A DNA stretch of 64,000 nucleotides. It comes from an uncultured Coriobacteriales bacterium (GTDB lineage: Bacteria > Actinomycetota > Coriobacteriia > Coriobacteriales > QAMH01). The position numbers and the translations under genes were made by a program. The stretch is taken from NCBI GenBank assembly GCA_934646835.1, contig CAKUES010000012.1:155-64154 (forward strand), given 5' to 3'. How positions within the stretch are numbered: position 1 is the first letter of the stretch; each line of letters starts with the position of its first letter. The notes under the pieces were generated by a model that saw only the letters and a program-made list of their open reading frames with translations, did no database searches and had not been told where the DNA came from. This document shows, in pieces, positions 57,476 through 64,000 of this stretch.

Positions 57476-58117
57476 ATGGCGGAGATCGAGAAGGGGTTCT
57501 CGCTTTTGACACCGGAGCTCGAGGCCTTGGCGGATGCCGAGGAGAAAGCCGATGCGCTCGCAAGGGAGAAGATCGACAACATGCAGGTTGGCGATGTGAT
57601 CGGCGAGGTCACAAGCGTCAACATCGCCGCCAAGAAAGGTGCGCGCAAGAAGCCGATCGAGTCCGGCGTCATGGGCGTGCGCGAGGATTTTGGCTGCGTT
57701 GACGACGCCCATGCGAGTGGCGACTGGCACCGCCAGATCAGCTTTTTGGCCGAGGAGTCCATCAAGAAAGCCCAAAACCGCGGCTTGAGCGTCAAGGAAG
57801 GCGACTTCGCGGAAAACATCACCACGCGCGGCTTCATGCCCTTCTTCATTCCCATCGGCACCATCCTGCAGGTGGGTGACGTCAAAGTCGAGATCAGCCA
57901 GATCGGCAAGGTCTGCCACACGCGCTGCGCCATCTACTACCTGGCCGGCGACTGCATCTTCCCGCGCGAGGGTATCTTTGGCGTGGTGCTCGACAGCGGC
58001 GACATCAAGGTCGGCGACAAGATCTCCGTCGTTAGAATCGGCGACGGCAGCTGCTCCAAGACCCCGCAGGAGGCCATCGACGAGGTCGAGGCCGCCCGCG
58101 CTGCCGGCACGCTGTAG
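57476..58117 (+). CDS. MOSC domain-containing protein
   Basis: The segment GDFAENITTRGF...GTILQVGDVKVEISQIGKVCHTRC is a MOSC beta-barrel signature with the conserved Cys. RBS GAGAGAGGGG. Confidence 0.75.
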   Translation: MAEIEKGFSLLTPELEALADAEEKADALAREKIDNMQVGDVIGEVTSVNIAAKKGARKKPIESGVMGVREDFGCVDDAHASGDWHRQISFLAEESIKKAQNRGLSVKEGDFAENITTRGFMPFFIPIGTILQVGDVKVEISQIGKVCHTRCAIYYLAGDCIFPREGIFGVVLDSGDIKVGDKISVVRIGDGSCSKTPQEAIDEVEAARAAGTL

Positions 58118-58132
58118 GAAGGCAAAGGCTTC

Positions 58133-58245
58133 GGGAAACGCTGAGTAAAGTAAATGCCCATTGCGTGCGATCGACAAAACTGCTGGTTACGTAGGAGAGG
58201 GACCCTGTCCCTCCCCATAAACCACGCATCAATCGGCACCTCTCT
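58133..58245 (+). repeat. Family A element, copy A9 (long form)
   Basis: GGGAAACGCTGAGTAAAGTAAATGCCCATTGCGTGCGATCGACAAAACTGCTGGTTACGTAGGAGAGGGACCCTGTCCCTCCCCATAAACCACGCATCAATCGGCACCTCTC. Confidence 0.9.
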
Positions 58246-58376
58246 AGACGCTCATGCTTTGCGCCCGCGCCTTGCATTCGCATCCTGAATAACGCGTAAC
58301 TTACGGCATCTCTTCGGGGGTGCCGTTTGTGTGTATCATCTACCAAGACGCAAACCCACGCGAGTTAGGGGCTTTC

Positions 58377-59504
58377 ATGGACAACGCAACGACGGAAATC
58401 GTCGAGTACCTCAACGGCAACTGCAAGGGCGGCGATATGGGCAGGGTCGCGCTGACCCAGTTCCACTTCGTCGTGGACGAGGACGGCGACGCGGTTCCCT
58501 TCATCGGCAAGAACGGCCGCCTGGGCCTGGCAGAGCTCATGGAGAAGCTCGCCGAGTTCTGGCCGCAGGTCGTGCGCAACGGAGACGGCCAGGTCATCGC
58601 CGCCGGAAGGCAGCTGTCTGCCGTGAGCCTCGACCACGGCGGCCAGCTCGTCGTGAGCATCGTGCCGCTGCTTACGCTTGCAGAGGTCGAGGCCGAGTAC
58701 CGTAACTTCCTCTTCCGCGTGGAGCAGATCCTCAAGCCTGTCGACTACAAGCTCGTGACCTGCGGATTCCATCCTTCTGCCGCTGTCAACAAGCTCGAGG
58801 CCGTCCCATTTGCCCCCTACCAGAAGATGGAGGAGCACATGGGCGCCGATGCTGCACCCCTGCTGCTGGGCGCGGCGCACTGTCGTGCTGCCTTCGAGTA
58901 CGCGGACGAGGACGACGCCATCCGCAAGATGCGCATTGCGACCATGCTCGGCCCCGTGTTCGCCTACATGACTTCCAACACCCCGGTCTTCGACAAGGAG
59001 GGCAACGCCGACAGCATGCTCGGCCTCAAGCTCATCCGCAAGGCGGCCCCCGGCGTCGCCGGCGCTGTCGAGGGTCTCTTCGACGAGGGCTTTGACTTCA
59101 AGACTTATGCCGCATGGTTGCTCGAGCACGACCTGGCCGACGAGCACGGCTCCCAGGAGCGCGAGATGATCCTCGACGTCGATTTGGCCACCGGCGTGGA
59201 GCTCGTGCAGGCAGACCCCCTGCCCGTCGAGCCGATGATGGGCTACCTCGCCCTGCTCAAGGGCATCTTCTATAGTCCGGTGAACCTCGAGCTGCTCGAG
59301 ATGATGCTCGGCTACAAGGCTCGTCCCGTCACCAAGGCCGACATCGATGCAGCCGTCGAGCTTGTGGGCAGCGAGGGTGGCGCCGCCAAGCTGTGGGGCA
59401 AGGGCGTTGACGAGTGGGTCGATTTGCTCTTCCGCATGTCCTCCCAGGCCCTGGGCACGGAGGCCCAGTACCTCGAGGCACTGCAGGAGTACCAGGCGTT
59501 CTAG
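58377..59504 (+). CDS. Glutamate--cysteine ligase-like family protein (assignment tentative)
   Basis: 375-aa ORF from ATG 58377 with GC3-rich codon usage. There is an overall resemblance, from memory only, to clostridial-type gamma-glutamylcysteine ligase family proteins. I could not confirm catalytic residues. Confidence 0.4.
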   Translation: MDNATTEIVEYLNGNCKGGDMGRVALTQFHFVVDEDGDAVPFIGKNGRLGLAELMEKLAEFWPQVVRNGDGQVIAAGRQLSAVSLDHGGQLVVSIVPLLTLAEVEAEYRNFLFRVEQILKPVDYKLVTCGFHPSAAVNKLEAVPFAPYQKMEEHMGADAAPLLLGAAHCRAAFEYADEDDAIRKMRIATMLGPVFAYMTSNTPVFDKEGNADSMLGLKLIRKAAPGVAGAVEGLFDEGFDFKTYAAWLLEHDLADEHGSQEREMILDVDLATGVELVQADPLPVEPMMGYLALLKGIFYSPVNLELLEMMLGYKARPVTKADIDAAVELVGSEGGAAKLWGKGVDEWVDLLFRMSSQALGTEAQYLEALQEYQAF

Positions 59505-59560
59505 GGGAGTGCTGATTATCGCGAGGTTTATGGGGAGGGACAGGGTCCCTCCCCTACGCA
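59505..59560 (-). repeat. Family A element, copy A10 (reverse)
   Basis: GGGAGTGCTGATTATCGCGAGGTTTATGGGGAGGGACAGGGTCCCTCCCCTACGCA, starting directly after stop 59502-59504. Confidence 0.9.
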
Positions 59561-59603
59561 ATCATCGGTTTTGCCAATTGCATGCAGTGGACGCTGCGCC
59601 ACT

Positions 59604-59661
59604 CACGTAGGGGAGGGACCCTGTCCCTCCCCATAAACCTCGCGGTGACCAACGTTTCTCC
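59604..59661 (+). repeat. Family A element, copy A11 (forward), forming an inverted pair with A10
   Basis: CACGTAGGGGAGGGACCCTGTCCCTCCCCATAAACCTCGCGGTGACCAACGTTTCTCC. Confidence 0.9.
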
Positions 59662-59699
59662 AGGTGCGCGACAAGCCCCTGTTCTCTGCGGTACAATAA

Positions 59700-61154
<1,455 letters not shown>

Positions 61155-61174
61155 AGCTCGGTTTGCATGAGAGA

Positions 61175-61210
61175 ATGACGGAAAGGCACTCCCGCCTTTC
61201 CGTCATTTTT
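61175..61210 (+). terminator. Intrinsic terminator between obg and proB
   Basis: ATGACGGAAAGG-CACTCCCG-CCTTTCCGTCAT followed by TTTTGTTTT. Confidence 0.8.
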
Positions 61211-61229
61211 GTTTTCAAGGGGGGAAAGC

Positions 61230-62300
61230 ATGAAGCGCGTTGTTGTGAAGATCGGTTCGTCCACGCTCGTCGACTCCGACGGTCAGCTCGACCGCGGCTT
61301 TATCGGACGCCTGGCGATCGAGGCTGCAGCCCTTCGCGACGAGGATTGGCAGATGGTCGTCGTCACCTCCGGCTCCATCGCCGTCGGCTTGAACATCATG
61401 GGACACAAGGGCCCGCGCCCGACGGAGATGCGCAAGCTGCAGGCGGCTGCCGCGATCGGCCAGGTCTCCTTGATCAACGCCTATGCGGATACCTTCCGCT
61501 GCTTTGGCATGCACGTGGGCCAGATTCTGCTCACGCGCGCCACGACCGGCGTGCGCGAGAGCTACCTCAACGCCCGCGCGACCATCGATCAGCTGCTCGA
61601 GCAGGGCGCCGTTCCCGTCATCAACGAGAACGACACCGTCGCCATCGACGAGATCCGCTTTGGCGACAACGACACGCTTGCGGCCATGGTCGCGACGGCG
61701 ATTGACGCGGACCTCGTCGTGCTGCTCTCCGACATCGACGGTCTGTACACGGCCGATCCGCGTAAGGATGCGGGTGCGGAGCTGCTCGAACAGGTCGGCA
61801 AGCTCTCCGAGGAGATCGAGGCGAGCGCCGGCGGCGTGGGCAGTGCGAGCGGCAGCGGCGGCATGCTCACCAAGGTGGCGGCTGCGCGCGTGCTCATGAG
61901 CGCGGGCATCCCCATGGTCATCTGCGAGGGCCATCGCAAGAACGCGGTGACAGACGCTTGCCATGGCCGCAGCGTCGGCACGCGCTTCTTCGACAACGAC
62001 TCGCTCGGCATGCACGCGCGCAAGAGCTGGATCGCGCTCGGCGGCAAGGTGCGCGGCCGCGTGACCTGCGATCTGGGCGCTGTCCGTGCGCTGAGCGAGC
62101 GCGGTGCGAGTTTGCTTCCCGTCGGCGTGACGGCGGTCGAGGGCAGCTTTGCTGCAGGGGACCCCGTCGATCTCGTCGACGAACAGGGCCGCCTGCTTGG
62201 CCGCGGCTTGGCAGGCTACGACAGCGAGAAGCTGCGCGCCTGCATCGGCAAGCGCGGCATGGACGAGTTCATCAACCGCGACCAGCTCGTGTTGTTTTAG
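61230..62300 (+). CDS. proB: Glutamate 5-kinase
   Basis: MKRVVVKIGSSTLVD..., the INENDTVAIDEIRFGDNDTLAAMVA motif, and a C-terminal PUA domain (GRVTCDLGAVRAL...). RBS AAGGGGGGAAAG. Confidence 0.95.
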   Translation: MKRVVVKIGSSTLVDSDGQLDRGFIGRLAIEAAALRDEDWQMVVVTSGSIAVGLNIMGHKGPRPTEMRKLQAAAAIGQVSLINAYADTFRCFGMHVGQILLTRATTGVRESYLNARATIDQLLEQGAVPVINENDTVAIDEIRFGDNDTLAAMVATAIDADLVVLLSDIDGLYTADPRKDAGAELLEQVGKLSEEIEASAGGVGSASGSGGMLTKVAAARVLMSAGIPMVICEGHRKNAVTDACHGRSVGTRFFDNDSLGMHARKSWIALGGKVRGRVTCDLGAVRALSERGASLLPVGVTAVEGSFAAGDPVDLVDEQGRLLGRGLAGYDSEKLRACIGKRGMDEFINRDQLVLF

Positions 62301-62358
62301 GGCAGCGCTGATTAATGCGAGGTTTATGGGGAGGGACAGGGTCCCTCCCCTACGTGAC
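62301..62358 (-). repeat. Family A element, copy A12 (reverse)
   Basis: GGCAGCGCTGATTAATGCGAGGTTTATGGGGAGGGACAGGGTCCCTCCCCTACGTGAC, starting directly after the proB stop. Confidence 0.9.
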
Positions 62359-62467
62359 CGCCGGGTGGGCCACCTCTCTACTTCCGCACTTCCTGTGGAG
62401 TGTCGGGGATGGGGGAGTGCTCGCCGATATACTGGGGGTATTGATGCCCCGTTTATCGAGGAGGACC

Positions 62468-63277
62468 ATGAAACTCAACGCCTTTACTGCAGCCGTCTGC
62501 ACCACGACGGCGCTTTCCTGCGCGCTCGCATTCACTCCCATCGCCTTGGCGAACAACGTTGCCCCGGCAACCGACGGCAGCGGCTCGACTGCCGCACCCG
62601 CCCCGTCTGAGGGCGATGCCGCTTATGTTCCGCAGCTGGCAAAGGGCAAGACCTTCACCAGTGGCAAGGCCACCTACAAGATCACCTCGATCAGCACAAA
62701 GCAGACGACCAGCGACGGCGTGGACGGCCACGCAAGCGTCTCCTATGCGAGCACTGGCACCGTCGAGCTTGTCAGCTACAAGGGCGGCACCAAGGCCAAG
62801 GTTGCAGACTCCGTGTCCGCGCCCAAGCTCAGCTCCACGTCCTCAGAAAGCGGCGACACCTACATCGAGACCGGCAAGTTCTCCGTCACCTCCATCGGCA
62901 AGGGCGCCTTCGACAACGCCAAGGGCCACAAGGTGAAAAGCGTCAGCATCGGCAAGAACGTCGCCACGATCGGCGAGAAGGCCTTCTACAAGTGCAAGAA
63001 GCTCACCAAGATTACGCTCAAGGGCGACGCTATCCGCACCATCGGTCCCAACAGCGACAAGAAGCTCAACCGCAAGAGCAAAAGCTACGTGAAGCAGCTC
63101 TACAAGCTGCGCACCAAGAAATGGAAGAACTCCCATGTCTTCGAGGGTGTGCCGCGCCACTGCGAGATCAAACTTCCCAACATCAACGCGGACAAGAACC
63201 TGAGCTACAACATCAACTACGCCAACGCCATCCGCCTGCTTGCGGGCCATGCAAAGTACGTCGGCTTGGTGAAGTAG
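62468..63277 (+). CDS. Secreted protein with BspA-type leucine-rich-repeat-like segment
   Basis: ATG 62468 follows GAGGAGGA. The signal peptide is MKLNAFTAAVCTTTALSCALAFTPIALA. FSVTSIGKGAFDNAKGHKVKSVSIGKNVATIGEKAFYKCKKLTKITLKG resembles BspA-like LRRs. Confidence 0.6.
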   Translation: MKLNAFTAAVCTTTALSCALAFTPIALANNVAPATDGSGSTAAPAPSEGDAAYVPQLAKGKTFTSGKATYKITSISTKQTTSDGVDGHASVSYASTGTVELVSYKGGTKAKVADSVSAPKLSSTSSESGDTYIETGKFSVTSIGKGAFDNAKGHKVKSVSIGKNVATIGEKAFYKCKKLTKITLKGDAIRTIGPNSDKKLNRKSKSYVKQLYKLRTKKWKNSHVFEGVPRHCEIKLPNINADKNLSYNINYANAIRLLAGHAKYVGLVK

Positions 63278-63286
63278 GCGGGCATA

Positions 63287-63398
63287 GGGAAACCTCGACT
63301 GAGGCAAGCGCCCGCTGCGTGCGATTGACGAAATCGCCGGTAGCGTAGGGGAGGGACCCTGTCCCTCCCCATAAACCTCGCATCAATCAGCGCTTCCC
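63287..63398 (+). repeat. Family A element, copy A13 (long form)
   Basis: GGGAAACCTCGACTGAGGCAAGCGCCCGCTGCGTGCGATTGACGAAATCGCCGGTAGCGTAGGGGAGGGACCCTGTCCCTCCCCATAAACCTCGCATCAATCAGCGCTTCCC. Confidence 0.9.
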
Positions 63399-63543
63399 TA
63401 AGTCGAGCGCAGCTCTCCGCTTGCCAGTTAGTGCTTCAAGGACGATTGTTTCGCTTGTGTTTCCTATTAGGATTGACGTTGGTAAATCCCGGCTTGTTTG
63501 GCCGTCATCTTAGGGTTAGTCGACAGAAAAGGAGAACCCGCAC

Positions 63544-64000
63544 ATGACTATCAAGGTTGGCATCAACGGTTTTGGTCGCATCGGCCGTCTTGTCTTCCGC
63601 ATCGCAGAGGCAGATCCCGAGATCGAGGTTGTTGCCATCAACAACCCGTCCGACCTCGACTGCGCCGCTTATCTGGCCAAGTACGACTCCTGCCAGGGCA
63701 TCGCGTTTGACGAGGCCCGTGCAGAGGACGGCTACTTCATCTTCGACGGTCATCGCATCAAGGCTCTCCAGGACCGCGATCCCAAGAACCTCAACTGGGG
63801 CGACTACGGCGTCGACGTCGTCCTCGAGACCACCGGCAAGCTCAAGACCGGCGAGGCCTGCCAGCCGCACATCGACAACGGTGCCAAGAAGGTCGTCATC
63901 TCCGCTCCCGGCAAGGAAGTCGACAACACCATTGTCATGGGCGTCAACGAGGACACTTATGATGCCGCTACCCAGCACATCGTCTCCAACGCCTCTTGCA
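63544..64000 (+). CDS. gap: Glyceraldehyde-3-phosphate dehydrogenase (5' part; runs off the window)
   Basis: ATG 63544 follows AAAGGAGAA. The translation is MTIKVGINGFGRIGRLVFRIAEADPEIEVVAINN.... The window ends in ...IVSNASC (active-site SNASCTTN motif). This frame is not in the ORF track because no stop codon lies within the window. Confidence 0.93.
   Translation, partial: MTIKVGINGFGRIGRLVFRIAEADPEIEVVAINNPSDLDCAAYLAKYDSCQGIAFDEARAEDGYFIFDGHRIKALQDRDPKNLNWGDYGVDVVLETTGKLKTGEACQPHIDNGAKKVVISAPGKEVDNTIVMGVNEDTYDAATQHIVSNASC

Overview
High-GC bacterial chromosome segment. Gene content suggests Actinomycetota, class Coriobacteriia, which is an inference only. The supporting features are TAT-exported molybdopterin and flavin reductases, a membrane-anchored LuxR regulator, a multiheme cytochrome c and a type III glutamine synthetase. 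About 47 CDS and one tRNA-Ser(UGA) are supported. Most are housekeeping genes: ackA, htpG, folC, thrS, galU, tadA, nth, rlmH, mfd, uvrA, ygiQ-like, glnN, tcdA, glmM, obg, proB and a partial gap. Two accessory respiratory-type modules are present. One is a PsrABC/DmsABC-like molybdopterin oxidoreductase operon with a TorD chaperone at 23.0-28.0 kb. It is preceded by an orphan NrfD-like gene, a small GntR regulator and an SPFH protein. The other is a LuxR / TAT-flavoprotein reductase / pentaheme cytochrome c cassette at 36.4-40.6 kb. I saw no rRNA, CRISPR array, transposase, integrase or obvious defence genes. The most unusual property is non-coding. Almost every longer intergenic region is filled with members of several distinct palindromic repeat families. 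Family A is built on the hairpin GGGGAGGGAC-CCT-GTCCCTCCCC, with 13 copies. Family B is a 143-bp MITE-like element, with 6 copies. Family D is a ~40-nt GGCGCC-hairpin motif, with about 14 arms including MIRU-like tandem arrays. Family H is a ~100-bp cruciform hairpin, with 4 copies. Several singletons or pairs of long perfect hairpins and inverted repeats are also present. Composite blocks of these repeats lie as direct repeats on both sides of the flavin-reductase cassette. A 46-nt direct repeat brackets the molybdoenzyme segment next to tRNA-Ser. All calls come from reading the sequence and the ORF translations; no database search was possible.
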